Origin: Acutalibacteraceae bacterium
GTDB lineage: Bacteria; Bacillota; Clostridia; Oscillospirales; Acutalibacteraceae
Direction of reading: 5' to 3'
DNA: 64,000 nucleotides
Assembly: GCA_045534895.1 (NCBI GenBank)
Contig: JAZSKN010000033.1
Coordinates: 890 to 64,889, forward strand
Below, piece by piece: positions 17,433 through 27,552 of the stretch; within the stretch, counting starts at the first letter, position 1, and each line of letters starts with the position of its first letter. The notes beneath the pieces are model-generated. The model saw only the letters and a program-made list of their open reading frames with translations. It was not told the DNA's origin and ran no database searches. The translations under genes were made by a program, and so were the position numbers.

Positions 17433-19016
17433 TTATCTTTTAAAAACGCTGATTTTTACCTCATCATTAAATCCGTCGCAATCGTAGGATACTATTTTTA
17501 TTTTATATGAGCCTTCAATAAGCTTGAATTGACATACCTCGTGCTCGGAAGAATCAACGCCAAAATAAACCGACTCATACTGCGAGCCGTTGAAAGCAAA
17601 TACCTCGAAATATGGGAGCTTTTCACCCTCGATAATAACGGTATTAAATGGGAAAATTCCGCCAAATTCAATTTCTACTTCGGTTTTATTGTGAATGATT
17701 TTGGCACTTGGTAATTTTGTCAGGTCGAAAATTTCATCATTTTCAAAGCTTTCGACAAAATAGGATTCATCGGCATAAAAAGCGCCAACAAATTTTAAAA
17801 CGGGCGTGCATTCGGCTGTGCCTGATATTCTTATTGCTTTTGCCGTTACGGTATCGAAATATCTTGCAAAGCAATTACCGATAACCTCGCCGCATAAAAG
17901 CTCTTTCCACTCGCCGTCGATTAAAAATTCAACAGTGAAATTATTTATTCGTTGGCCAAGGGCGATATCCTCTTCAATTTTTACACAATTGATTTTTTGA
18001 GGTGTGTCAAATTGATACTCGATAACAAAATTATTTTGAAGTTCGCTTAAATCAATATCTTTTAAGAGATTTTCTTTGAAGATGTCGTTTATTCTATCGT
18101 TCCATTGCTTTAGGCTTTCGATATCTTTATCGCAAAACAGTCCGCGCTTATCGGGTGGAATATTTAACAAAATACCACAGTTTCTTCCAACCGAGGTAAA
18201 CCAATATTTTGTAAGCTCGACGGGTGTTTTAACCAAAACATCTTGCTCCTTATGGTAAAACCAGCCCGGTCTTATTGACATATCACATTCGGCGGGGATG
18301 AAGCGCTCGCCGTCTTTTTTGCCGCAAAAAAGCTCGGGTCCTGTTTCGGTTTCTAAAGAAGAAGCATTAATAGTGGCATAGCAGTTATCAGCCGCTCTGC
18401 CAAGCTCGTTTCCGACCCAACGCACGTCAACAAATTCGGTAGCGCCCAGTGAACCAAAGATAACGCAATCCTCTTGATTTGTTCTTACAATATCTACCCA
18501 TCTTTTCCAGTCATAACAAGCCTCGGTGCTGCCTGCGCCGTCCCACCAACATTCGTAAATGGGGCCGTAGTTTGTCATAAGCTCGGTAAGCTGATTGGCA
18601 TAATAGTCGTTGTATTTTTCGGTTCCCCAATCTTTAAAATTGCGGTCCCACGGTGATAGATAAAGGCCCGGCTTAATGCCGTATTTATGACAAGCATCGA
18701 CAAATTCTTTTACAACATCGCCCTTACCGTTTTTATAGGGGCTGTTTTTAACCGAATGCTCGGTAAATTTACTGGGCCACAAGCAAAAACCGTCGTGATG
18801 CTTGGCGGTAAGTATGGCATTGGTAAAGCCGGCATCGACCAACACTTTCATCCATTGTTCGCAGTCAAGCTCGGTAGGGTTAAAAATTTCGGGAGATTCG
18901 GTACCGTCGCCCCATTCATTGCCTGTAAAGGTATTTACCGTGAAATGAATAAAAGCAGTTTTTCTTTTGTACCAATCAAGCTGTCGTTTGTTAGGAGTTA
19001 GAATTTCATTTGTCAT
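17433..19016 (-). CDS. Alpha-L-fucosidase (GH29), cytoplasmic
   Basis: FIHFTVNTFTG.EWGDG, KHHDGFCLWPSK and YLSPWDR are GH29 hallmarks. A C-terminal beta-sandwich is present and there is no signal peptide. Confidence 0.8.
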   Translation of the reverse strand: MTNEILTPNKRQLDWYKRKTAFIHFTVNTFTGNEWGDGTESPEIFNPTELDCEQWMKVLVDAGFTNAILTAKHHDGFCLWPSKFTEHSVKNSPYKNGKGDVVKEFVDACHKYGIKPGLYLSPWDRNFKDWGTEKYNDYYANQLTELMTNYGPIYECWWDGAGSTEACYDWKRWVDIVRTNQEDCVIFGSLGATEFVDVRWVGNELGRAADNCYATINASSLETETGPELFCGKKDGERFIPAECDMSIRPGWFYHKEQDVLVKTPVELTKYWFTSVGRNCGILLNIPPDKRGLFCDKDIESLKQWNDRINDIFKENLLKDIDLSELQNNFVIEYQFDTPQKINCVKIEEDIALGQRINNFTVEFLIDGEWKELLCGEVIGNCFARYFDTVTAKAIRISGTAECTPVLKFVGAFYADESYFVESFENDEIFDLTKLPSAKIIHNKTEVEIEFGGIFPFNTVIIEGEKLPYFEVFAFNGSQYESVYFGVDSSEHEVCQFKLIEGSYKIKIVSYDCDGFNDEVKISVFKR

Positions 19017-19196
19017 AAGAAACCTCGTGCTTTTTATATCTTTGGTTAAATTGTAGCATACGTGTTTTGGGGTGTCAATGTGTTATAAATTTTGAAATTC
19101 CAAAACAAAAAAATTTACACCATATAGCAAAAAAATTCATTGAAAAAACAACAGAATCATTTTATACTTGTTATATAAAATTTAAGTAGGTGCTTT

Positions 19197-21470
19197 ATGA
19201 ACGTAGGATATTTTAACGACGCACAAAAAGAATATGTGATTACCAATCTTTTAGCGCCAAAAAGACCTTGGTATAACTTTATTTGGAATGACAAGTTTAT
19301 TTCAGATATTGACCAGTTTGGCTTTGGTTTAAGCTTGGTACGCGATAAAAACGATGAGCTGCGCGAGTTTACCAATAAAGGTGATAACCGACACGTTTTT
19401 ATTCGCGACAATATAACGGGTGTAAGTTATTCTGCTAACCGTAATTATAACGATCTACCATTTACTGTTCACGAAACTCACGTTGGTATGGGATATACTA
19501 AAATAATTTCGGAATACAACGGTTTACTTTTTGAGATGACTATTTTTGTTCCTACAGAAGGAACAATGGAATGTTGGGAAGTAAAGCTTGCAAATAAAAC
19601 CGACAAAACCAAATTGCTGTCGGTTTACCCTTATGCGCATTTCTTTTCTACAATTACTTATTATATCGGCTACGTTAGAGGCGATTATTGTGACGCTTTG
19701 AATGGTGTTTTGGTTTCTGAAGAGGGAATGAACATGCCGAGTGATTATATTTACGAATTCTTGGCAAGTGAAGAAAAGCCTGTTGCTTTTGAAGCGGCGG
19801 ACAGATATTTTCTTGGAACTTATGGCAACCTTACAAATCCACAGGGACTTAAAAATGAAAAGCTTTTAAACCGTGGCTCTTGCTTTGATTTTGATAACGG
19901 TGTTGTTTTACAGTTTGATCTTGAACTCGGCGCAGGTGAAGAAAAGATTTACCGCTTTGGTATGGGTGCGGCAAACTCGATAGAGGATGCTACCCGCCAT
20001 AAAGCATTATTGACCGAAGAGGTATTTGCTAAAAATCTTGCATATCAAAAGCAACAAGCCGATATGTACAACGATATAATTTGCGTATCGACAGGTGACG
20101 AAGAGATTGATAGAAGGATTAACATTTGGCTCAAGCGCCAGTTAGAGCTTGGAAAAACCTGGACACGCTTGTGGTTTAGGGGTTCGCGTGATATGATGCA
20201 GGATATCTCCGCCTTTGTTGCAATGGATACTGCTGATGCGCGTGAAAAAATAGTGCACTCGATGCAGTTTATTATGCCTAACGGTAACTACATAAGAGGT
20301 TGGATGCCGATAACCTTAACCGATGCGCGTGACTGCTCTTCTTGGATGCTTTCGACCGTTATTCAGTATATAAAAGAAACCAATGATTACACCATTCTTG
20401 ATGAGGTTTGCCCGTATTATGAATCGGACGAAACAGGCACCGTTTTAGACCATATGTTTAGAGCGGCATCCTTTTTACAAGATGGTGTAGGTGAAAAGGG
20501 CTTTACACTTTGGGGCGGTTCTGACTGGAACGATTCTATCGATGCTTGCGGTATTTTGGGCAAGGGAGAAAGCTTGTGGCTTAGTGAAGCCACCGTTAAA
20601 TTTTGCGGTGAATTTGTTGAACTTTTGAAGCGTCTTAATAAAAGCGAAGAAGCAAATGAAATTCAACGAAAGATTGACGTTATGAAAAACGCTATCTTAG
20701 AACACGGCTGGGATAAAGACCACTTTATTTATGGCTTTAACGACTACGGCGAAAAGGTTGGTTCGTATGATAGTGAGCAGGGTCAAATGTACCTTAACCC
20801 TCAAACATGGGCAATACTTGCCGACATAGTAACGGGTGAAGAAGCCCATAAGCTTATGAATTTTGTTGAAGACAATCTTCAGTGCGAATATGGCTATATT
20901 CAACAGCTACCAAGCTATAGCAAGGGCGATCCACACGTTGGTCGTATGACCTATTTCCAAAAAGGTTGTTACGAAAACGGATCGGTTTATAACCACGGCT
21001 GTGCGTTTAAATTAGTTGCCGATTGCCATTTGGGTAACGGTAATGCCGCTTTAAAAACCTTTAAGAAAATGATGCCTGACAATCCCGATAACCACTATGA
21101 CCATTCGGGTGTTGAGCCGTACGCATTTACCAATATGTTCTTAGGACCCGAAAATGAATTCCGTGCAGGCGAAACCGTTCAGCATTGGGTTACCGGCACT
21201 TGCGGTTGGCTTTTTAAGGGCGTTGTGGAATATATGCTCGGTGTTCAGGCTGATTTTGATGGTCTTGCAATCCGCCCTGTTTTGCCTGATGAATGGACCG
21301 ACGTTAAGGTTCACCGCGTATTTAGAAACGCAACATATGAAATTAGTATTTTAAATCGCAATTCAAAGGGCACAGCAGTCATTACGGTAGACGGTAAGGT
21401 TATTGACGGAGATGTTTTACCCGATTATAATGACGGAAAAACTCATAACGTTTGTGTCGAAATATTGTAA
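19197..21470 (+). CDS. GH94-like glycoside phosphorylase/hydrolase (cellobiose/chitobiose/laminaribiose phosphorylase family)
   Basis: The N-terminus GYFNDAQKEYVIT parallels GFFDDANKEYVIT of cellobiose phosphorylases. WGGSDWNDSID matches the catalytic DWND block. 757 aa with no signal peptide. Confidence 0.6.
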   Translation: MNVGYFNDAQKEYVITNLLAPKRPWYNFIWNDKFISDIDQFGFGLSLVRDKNDELREFTNKGDNRHVFIRDNITGVSYSANRNYNDLPFTVHETHVGMGYTKIISEYNGLLFEMTIFVPTEGTMECWEVKLANKTDKTKLLSVYPYAHFFSTITYYIGYVRGDYCDALNGVLVSEEGMNMPSDYIYEFLASEEKPVAFEAADRYFLGTYGNLTNPQGLKNEKLLNRGSCFDFDNGVVLQFDLELGAGEEKIYRFGMGAANSIEDATRHKALLTEEVFAKNLAYQKQQADMYNDIICVSTGDEEIDRRINIWLKRQLELGKTWTRLWFRGSRDMMQDISAFVAMDTADAREKIVHSMQFIMPNGNYIRGWMPITLTDARDCSSWMLSTVIQYIKETNDYTILDEVCPYYESDETGTVLDHMFRAASFLQDGVGEKGFTLWGGSDWNDSIDACGILGKGESLWLSEATVKFCGEFVELLKRLNKSEEANEIQRKIDVMKNAILEHGWDKDHFIYGFNDYGEKVGSYDSEQGQMYLNPQTWAILADIVTGEEAHKLMNFVEDNLQCEYGYIQQLPSYSKGDPHVGRMTYFQKGCYENGSVYNHGCAFKLVADCHLGNGNAALKTFKKMMPDNPDNHYDHSGVEPYAFTNMFLGPENEFRAGETVQHWVTGTCGWLFKGVVEYMLGVQADFDGLAIRPVLPDEWTDVKVHRVFRNATYEISILNRNSKGTAVITVDGKVIDGDVLPDYNDGKTHNVCVEIL

Positions 21471-21656
21471 TTAATGAAATTGCGATAAAAAGATATAAAA
21501 TCAAACACTCAAGTCGAATTTGACTTGAGTGTTTTTTGAGTTGTTGGCTATTTAATTGTTTTATTGACTTTAATGCGTATAATTGTTAAAATAGTACATA
21601 TAGTTTTGTTTTATTACAAAAAATGACAAGGCTAAAAATTTTTTGGGGGAAAGAAT

Positions 21657-22298
21657 ATGAAAATTTGCAACAAATGCGGCGCACAGATGGATCCAAGCTA
21701 TAATTTTTGCTCGGTTTGCGGCTCGGCAGAATTTACCGTGTATGAGGATACACCCGCACAACAAATTCCAAATCTTAATGATCAGGTGTATAGCGAGCCA
21801 TCTCTTTATAACGCTACACTTCAGCCAAACACTATAGAAAACGGACAGCCTGTTTACGATAACGGTAACATTGTTACCGGTGCAATAGGCGCGGTGCTTT
21901 TTGGCTTGCTTGGCGGCGTTGTTTACTTTTTAATTTACCAGCTTGGAATAATTGCAGGTATTTGCGGCTTGCTTATTTTTATTGCAGCATATTTCGGTTA
22001 TGGCTTGTTTGCAAAAAACAATAAAAAAGATTCTATAGCGGGCTTAATTTGCGCAATTATTACCACAATTGCGGTAATCTATTTTGCCGAGTATTTTTCG
22101 GTTAGCTTTGAGGTGTTTAAGGCGTACAAGGCGGATGGCATTACGCTTTCACAGGTTTTTGACGCAATGCCCGAAATACTTGCCGAGCCTGAGGTAAGCG
22201 AAGCATTTGCAGGTGACCTTGCTTTTGCATATATTTTTGGCGCTGTGGCTTCAGCAAGCAGAATAATTGCTATTGTAAAAGGACGTAAACAAAAATGA
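21657..22298 (+). CDS. Zinc-ribbon membrane protein
   Basis: N-terminal CNKCG..CSVCG zinc ribbon followed by about four TM helices. Confidence 0.55.
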   Translation: MKICNKCGAQMDPSYNFCSVCGSAEFTVYEDTPAQQIPNLNDQVYSEPSLYNATLQPNTIENGQPVYDNGNIVTGAIGAVLFGLLGGVVYFLIYQLGIIAGICGLLIFIAAYFGYGLFAKNNKKDSIAGLICAIITTIAVIYFAEYFSVSFEVFKAYKADGITLSQVFDAMPEILAEPEVSEAFAGDLAFAYIFGAVASASRIIAIVKGRKQK

Positions 22299-23041
22299 TA
22301 GGCGAGCTTATTGCTAAAAAAAGTAAATCTTTAAAAATATTTCTTGTATTCTTTGTTTTCTTTATTGCGCTCTTTTTTGTATTATTGTTTATGCTACCGT
22401 CTTTTGAAACCGAGACAATGATTACTCCGCTTATGATTACGGTATGGACAAATATTATATTTGTTGTTGTATATTTTGCGGCCTTTCATCCTTTTAAAGT
22501 GAGTATGTCTTTACTAAAACAAAAGGGAATAGAGCATATAGCAGACGATATTAATCTACAACAGCCTACACTTCCAAGCTCGAAAATATATTGCGGGCAA
22601 TATGCGCTTTTTTGCAAAAAACCGTTTATTATTATTCCATATTCCGAGATGGCGTGGGTTTATTTGTATGAGAGAAAAACCTATGGCATTACGGTAGAAA
22701 AGGCAATAATTGTACATACTAAAACAGGCAAAAGATTTGCGCTAAAATCTAACGTAGATGAGTTTCAATGGTTGCTTCAAAATTTTGTTGCCGCGCAATC
22801 GCCTAATATTATTATTGGTTATGGCAAGCAACAAAAGAAACGTTATTTAGAGCTTAACCCACGTGCTAAATCGTCGAACAATAAGGTGAAAACAATAACC
22901 GGTATAGTGTTAATGTGTATTGGCGGACTATTTTCGGTTGTTGGCATAGTAAATAAAACGGTCGACGGGTTTGGTCTGGCAATACTGTTGGCGATTTTGG
23001 GCGTAGGTTTAATTTTGTTTTTATTTGGTAAGAAGAAATAA
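22295..23041 (+). CDS. Hypothetical membrane protein
   Basis: Two N-terminal and two C-terminal TM helices flank a soluble middle. The start overlaps the previous stop (ATGA). Confidence 0.5.
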   Translation: MIGELIAKKSKSLKIFLVFFVFFIALFFVLLFMLPSFETETMITPLMITVWTNIIFVVVYFAAFHPFKVSMSLLKQKGIEHIADDINLQQPTLPSSKIYCGQYALFCKKPFIIIPYSEMAWVYLYERKTYGITVEKAIIVHTKTGKRFALKSNVDEFQWLLQNFVAAQSPNIIIGYGKQQKKRYLELNPRAKSSNNKVKTITGIVLMCIGGLFSVVGIVNKTVDGFGLAILLAILGVGLILFLFGKKK

Positions 23042-23067
23042 TTTAAAACCCCTCAGTGATGAGGGGT

Positions 23068-23286
23068 TTATATATTTGTGTTTGAATTATTAGTTCGATT
23101 TAAAAGGTAGTCAATCGAAACCTTGTGAAAGTCGGCAATTTTTATGAGTGTTGTAGTAGGTATATCTATATCACCGCGTTCATAGTTACTATATACACGC
23201 TGACTACAGGAAAGTATTTTACCCATATCGGTTTGGGTTAAGTCTTTGTCTTCGCGTAAGTTACGTATTCTTTCATATAACGGCAT
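23068..23286 (-). CDS. XRE-family HTH transcriptional regulator
   Basis: 72 aa. IRNLREDKDLTQTDMGKILSCSQRVYSNYERG is an HTH_3 motif. Confidence 0.8.
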   Translation of the reverse strand: MPLYERIRNLREDKDLTQTDMGKILSCSQRVYSNYERGDIDIPTTTLIKIADFHKVSIDYLLNRTNNSNTNI

Positions 23287-23427
23287 ATAAACATCACCTA
23301 AATTATTATATGCATTTATTATAATTTAGCGAATTATCCGCTATTGACTTTTAGAGGAAAATCCGCTAAAATAAGGGTGGACGTAATTTTTAAAACGTTA
23401 CATATTTTAATTGAGAAGGGGATTATT

Positions 23428-23937
23428 ATGACCGAACAAAATTATGAATACGAATTAAACACAACCGAAAATGAATCTCTTGATAAATTGAGCCATGGAC
23501 TTAAAGAAATTTGGAAGATCATTATTTTTTGCTGTATTGGTTGGTTGATGGTTTGTATTGGTATGAAAACTAATCCTATATTTGCGGTGATAGGTGCACT
23601 TATTGTTTCGATTCCATCGGTAATATCGGTTAAACGTTATGGTTTTAAGAACATTTTTAACTATGACTATCAAATTGAAACTACATATAGTGATGGTAAC
23701 AAAAGGTATGATGCCGATCTAGGCGGCAAGCTTGGAATGTTGTTTATACAGTTAATTTTGACAATATTTATTGGCGTTGTTGTTACACCGATAAGATATA
23801 TTGCGTACTGCATACAATTTAATGCCAATTGTAAAAAGCTTAATTGGAAGCCCGAATTCAAATTTGGTGTTTTGTTACCGACAATAGTTGGCGTTGCTGC
23901 TTTTGTTTTAGGAATAATTTTAACGTCTGTAATATAA
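23428..23937 (+). CDS. Hypothetical membrane protein (4-5 TM)
   Basis: The start is moved to MTEQNYEY (23428). The track start at 23344 coincides with a TTGACT -35 (23344-23349), followed by 17 nt and TAAAAT (23367-23372). Confidence 0.5.
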   Translation: MTEQNYEYELNTTENESLDKLSHGLKEIWKIIIFCCIGWLMVCIGMKTNPIFAVIGALIVSIPSVISVKRYGFKNIFNYDYQIETTYSDGNKRYDADLGGKLGMLFIQLILTIFIGVVVTPIRYIAYCIQFNANCKKLNWKPEFKFGVLLPTIVGVAAFVLGIILTSVI

Positions 23938-23993
23938 TACAGCTAAAAAATCTCCCCTATAAAAAGGGGAGATTTTTATGATATTAGAATATT

Positions 23994-25073
23994 TTATCTA
24001 TAAACTCTAAGCCAGTCGACCATCATTGATTGTGGTAGGTCTTGGTCTTTAACCTCGCCCCAAAATGCGCCGCTGCCTTCGGGTCCGAGGTAGCAGGTGT
24101 AAAGAATGTAGGCGGGGAATACGTTTTCTACAGGCTCAATTTTATCGTTCACCTTTACAAGTGTACCGTTTACGTAGTAGTAAAGAGCATACTCATTCCA
24201 AACACAAGCGTATTCCTGGTATTCGCCATCCTTGTAGCCCGGAATGGTGTAGTCGTAACCGAGAGAGCTTTTGGTAATCGGCTGTGTTTTTGGGTCCCAA
24301 CCGGGTTCCCAATAATGCTCGGTATGGGCGCTGCCACGGGTGGCAGGGTAGTGGAAAATTTCCATAATATCTATTTCGCTGCAGCCGTGAAATTCATCGC
24401 CTGTATCGGTACGTTTAAAGAAATAGTCTTCGCGATATCTGCCCTGTGGCATTAGCCAAAATGCCGAGAAAATACCCGTTGGTGTAGCAGGCACTCTCAT
24501 ACGGGTGCTGAAACAACCGTATTTTTGAGAAAATTTATCTTTTGTGCTTACACCTGCATCGGAATAATAACATTCAATACCGTTATGAACGATAGGTGTT
24601 TCGCATTTTTCAAAATCGAGGCAAAGCTTGTTGTCACGAACATAGTTTTCTTTTGCTCGTCTATATACCATCGGCTTTTTTGATACACCTGAAAGGGCGT
24701 TCCAAATGTCAGTGTTGAAGGTTTCAAAATTATCTTCGAGAGTAATTTCATATTTGCGAAGCTTTATTTTAAGCTTTGCGGTATAGTCGGGATCTTCGGC
24801 ACAGTGAAGGTCAACGGTCATCCAACCACCCATTTGACGAGTAGCATCGGGTATGATAATTTCGTCGGACTTGAAGTAAACATCAGGGTAGTCGGCACGA
24901 ATGTTACAGCCGCGTGGGCTTATACGTTCACCCTTAAATACAATGTAATACTTGTACGATACCGAATAACCCGGTACACCGGGGTGATAGCTTTCGAGAT
25001 GAATCATAAAATCGTCGCAGGGTTCGTCTTTATAAAAGCCTTCTTCTTTTACGTTTAGTTCAAAATCGGTCAT
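23994..25073 (-). CDS. GH16 glycoside hydrolase paralogue A (unknown ~125-aa N-domain + GH16), no signal peptide
   Basis: The GH16 catalytic motif EIDIME lies in HGCSEIDIMEIF. The start is moved to MTDFELNV because the longer track ORF reads through the upstream hairpin repeat. Confidence 0.8.
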   Translation of the reverse strand: MTDFELNVKEEGFYKDEPCDDFMIHLESYHPGVPGYSVSYKYYIVFKGERISPRGCNIRADYPDVYFKSDEIIIPDATRQMGGWMTVDLHCAEDPDYTAKLKIKLRKYEITLEDNFETFNTDIWNALSGVSKKPMVYRRAKENYVRDNKLCLDFEKCETPIVHNGIECYYSDAGVSTKDKFSQKYGCFSTRMRVPATPTGIFSAFWLMPQGRYREDYFFKRTDTGDEFHGCSEIDIMEIFHYPATRGSAHTEHYWEPGWDPKTQPITKSSLGYDYTIPGYKDGEYQEYACVWNEYALYYYVNGTLVKVNDKIEPVENVFPAYILYTCYLGPEGSGAFWGEVKDQDLPQSMMVDWLRVYR

Positions 25074-25099
25074 AATATAATCTCCTTCAATTAAAGAAC

Positions 25100-25133
25100 G
25101 GATTGCCACGCGATTTACATCGCTCGCAATGAC
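25100..25133 (-). repeat. REP-like hairpin repeat (same family as 17088-17359) between GH16 B and A
   Basis: ggattgccacgcgatttacatcgctcgcaatgac. Confidence 0.75.
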
Positions 25134-25138
25134 AATTT

Positions 25139-26218
25139 TTATTTATAAACTCTAAGCCAGTCAACTTCCATTGTTTGTGGTAGGTCTTTATCATCAACCT
25201 CGCCCCAGGATGCACCACTGCCTTTGGGTCCTATGTAACAGGTGTAAAGAATGTAAGCGGGGAACACCTTTTCAACAGGAGCAATTTTATCGTTAACCTT
25301 TGCGAGTGAACCGTTTACATAGTAGTAAAGAGCGTATTCATTCCAAACGCAAGCGTACTCGATAAACTGGCCGTCTTTGTAACCCGGAATGGTGTAGTTG
25401 TAACCGAGTGAGCTTTTGGTAGTACCTTGTGTTGCCCAGTCCCAACCGGGTTCCCAATAATGCTCGGTATGAGCAGAACCAAGAGTAGCAGGATGGTGGA
25501 AGATTTCCATAATATCTATTTCGCTACAACCGTGAAAATCATCGCCCGTATCGGTGCGCTTAAAGAAATAATCATCACAATATTTACCTTCGGGTAGTAG
25601 CCAAAAAGCCGAGAAAATACCGGTAGGTGTAGCAGGAACCTTGATGCTTGAAGCAAAGCAACCGTATTTTTGTGAGAACTTGCCTTTTGTTATAAGGCCT
25701 GCGTCAGAATAGTAGCATTCGTTGCCGTTACGGATAACAGGTTCTTCGTTCTTTTCAAAATCGAGGCATAACTTGCCATTGCGAACATAATTATCCTTAA
25801 CCTTGGTGTAAGCCATAGCCACCTTTGCACCATCGTGGCGTGGAGTCCAAAGGTCTTTGTTATATGTTTCAAAGTTATCTTCGAGGGTTAGTTCGTATTT
25901 ACGAAGCTTTATTTTAAGCTTTGCGGTATAGTCGGGATCCTCGGCACAGTGAAGGTCAACGGTCATCCAGCCACCCATTTGACGAGTAGCATCGGGTATA
26001 ATAATTTCGTCGGCCTTAAAGTAGACATCGGGATAGTCGGCACGAATATTACAGCCGCGTGGGCTTATGCGCTCACCCTTAAACATAATGTAGTACTTAT
26101 ATACTACAGAGTAGCCCGGTACACCGTGGTGATAGCTTTCGAGATGAATTTTAAAATCATCGCAGGGTTCGCCTTTGTAAAAGCCTTCTTCTTTTACGTT
26201 TAGTTCAAAATCAGTCAT
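25139..26218 (-). CDS. GH16 glycoside hydrolase paralogue B
   Basis: Same architecture and the same EIDIME motif. The N-domain is ~90% identical to A by eye, and the central catalytic block is closest to C. Confidence 0.8.
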   Translation of the reverse strand: MTDFELNVKEEGFYKGEPCDDFKIHLESYHHGVPGYSVVYKYYIMFKGERISPRGCNIRADYPDVYFKADEIIIPDATRQMGGWMTVDLHCAEDPDYTAKLKIKLRKYELTLEDNFETYNKDLWTPRHDGAKVAMAYTKVKDNYVRNGKLCLDFEKNEEPVIRNGNECYYSDAGLITKGKFSQKYGCFASSIKVPATPTGIFSAFWLLPEGKYCDDYFFKRTDTGDDFHGCSEIDIMEIFHHPATLGSAHTEHYWEPGWDWATQGTTKSSLGYNYTIPGYKDGQFIEYACVWNEYALYYYVNGSLAKVNDKIAPVEKVFPAYILYTCYIGPKGSGASWGEVDDKDLPQTMEVDWLRVYK

Positions 26219-26278
26219 ATGGATAACCTCCTTGAAAATATATTGGTTGTACAAAATTATTATATAAGTTTAAGAAAC

Positions 26279-26312
26279 GGATTGCCACGCGACTTACTTC
26301 GCTCGCAATGAC
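26279..26312 (-). repeat. REP-like hairpin repeat between GH16 C and B
   Basis: ggattgccacgcgacttacttcgctcgcaatgac. Confidence 0.75.
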
Positions 26313-26320
26313 AATTTTTC

Positions 26321-27406
26321 TTATTTATACACTTTAAGCCAGTCGATAACAAATTCTTGCGGGAGGAGTTCGTCGGGTACTCCGCACCAGTGTCTTTCTT
26401 TTTCGAAATCTTTAGGACCAATGTAGCAAGTAAACTTGATATATGCCGCCTTTACATCATCGACAGGGGCGATATTAGTGTTTGCTTTTGCAAGCTCACC
26501 GTTTACATAGTAGTAAATGCCGTATTCATTCCATACACAAGAATATTCTTGGTATTCACCGTATTTAAATCCGGGGATTATGTAATTTTTACCTAATGAG
26601 CTTTTTGTAGTGCCCTGTGTTGCCCAGTCCCAACCGGGTTCCCAATAATGCTCGGTGTGGGAAGAACCCAATGTGTCGGGGTGACAGAAAATTTCCATAA
26701 TATCGATTTCACTGCAACCGTGAAAATCGTCGCCTGTGTCGGTGCGTTTAAAGAAGTACTCGTCACAGTATTTTCCTTCTGGCATAAGCCAAAATGCAGT
26801 AAATAGACCTTTACGGTAGCTTGGATGCTTGCATTTAGCAGTAAAGCAACCATATTTTTGAGAGAATTTGCCTTTGGTGCGAACGCCTGAATCGGTATAC
26901 CAATACTCTTTGCCGTCTTTTATGATTGGTTTATCAAGCTTTTTAAACTCAAGGCACAGCTTGCCGTCTTTAACGTAATTATCTTGAACGGGGGTTATAG
27001 ACAATGGCGTTTTGGCACCGTATGGCATACCCTCCCATAGATTAGTATTATATGTTTCAAAATTATCTTCAAGTGTTTGCTCGTATTTGCGCATTTTTAT
27101 GTGAATGGTAGAGCGGTACTCTTTAAACTCTTTGTGGGTTACGGTAATTGTAAGTGTTTCACCACGTTGACGGATCTCATCGGGAATGACTATCCTATCG
27201 GCAATAATCCACACCATAGGAAGATTAAAATCTACATCATAATCTTCAAAGGCTAATTTTTTACCCTTGAAGGTTACAAAATAATCGTATTTTAATGCGT
27301 AGCCCGGAATACCGGGATGGTATTGTTTGAGATGAAACTGCATATCATCGCAAGGTGTGTCACCACAAAAGCTTTCAACTTTTACATTTAACTCATAATC
27401 GGTCAT
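26321..27406 (-). CDS. GH16 glycoside hydrolase paralogue C (divergent N-domain)
   Basis: EIDIME motif. The start MTDYELNV has an AAGGTGG RBS 8 nt upstream. Confidence 0.8.
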   Translation of the reverse strand: MTDYELNVKVESFCGDTPCDDMQFHLKQYHPGIPGYALKYDYFVTFKGKKLAFEDYDVDFNLPMVWIIADRIVIPDEIRQRGETLTITVTHKEFKEYRSTIHIKMRKYEQTLEDNFETYNTNLWEGMPYGAKTPLSITPVQDNYVKDGKLCLEFKKLDKPIIKDGKEYWYTDSGVRTKGKFSQKYGCFTAKCKHPSYRKGLFTAFWLMPEGKYCDEYFFKRTDTGDDFHGCSEIDIMEIFCHPDTLGSSHTEHYWEPGWDWATQGTTKSSLGKNYIIPGFKYGEYQEYSCVWNEYGIYYYVNGELAKANTNIAPVDDVKAAYIKFTCYIGPKDFEKERHWCGVPDELLPQEFVIDWLKVYK

Positions 27407-27552
27407 AAGTATCGCCACCTTAAAATTTTGTGGAAATTATATCCACTTAAAATATAGCACATTTGTGTCTGGGGGTCAAGGTTATATTGGGAGTAATTTT
27501 GTGTGTTGACCGATATATTTTTATATGCTAATATAAAAGCGTGGTGATATAT

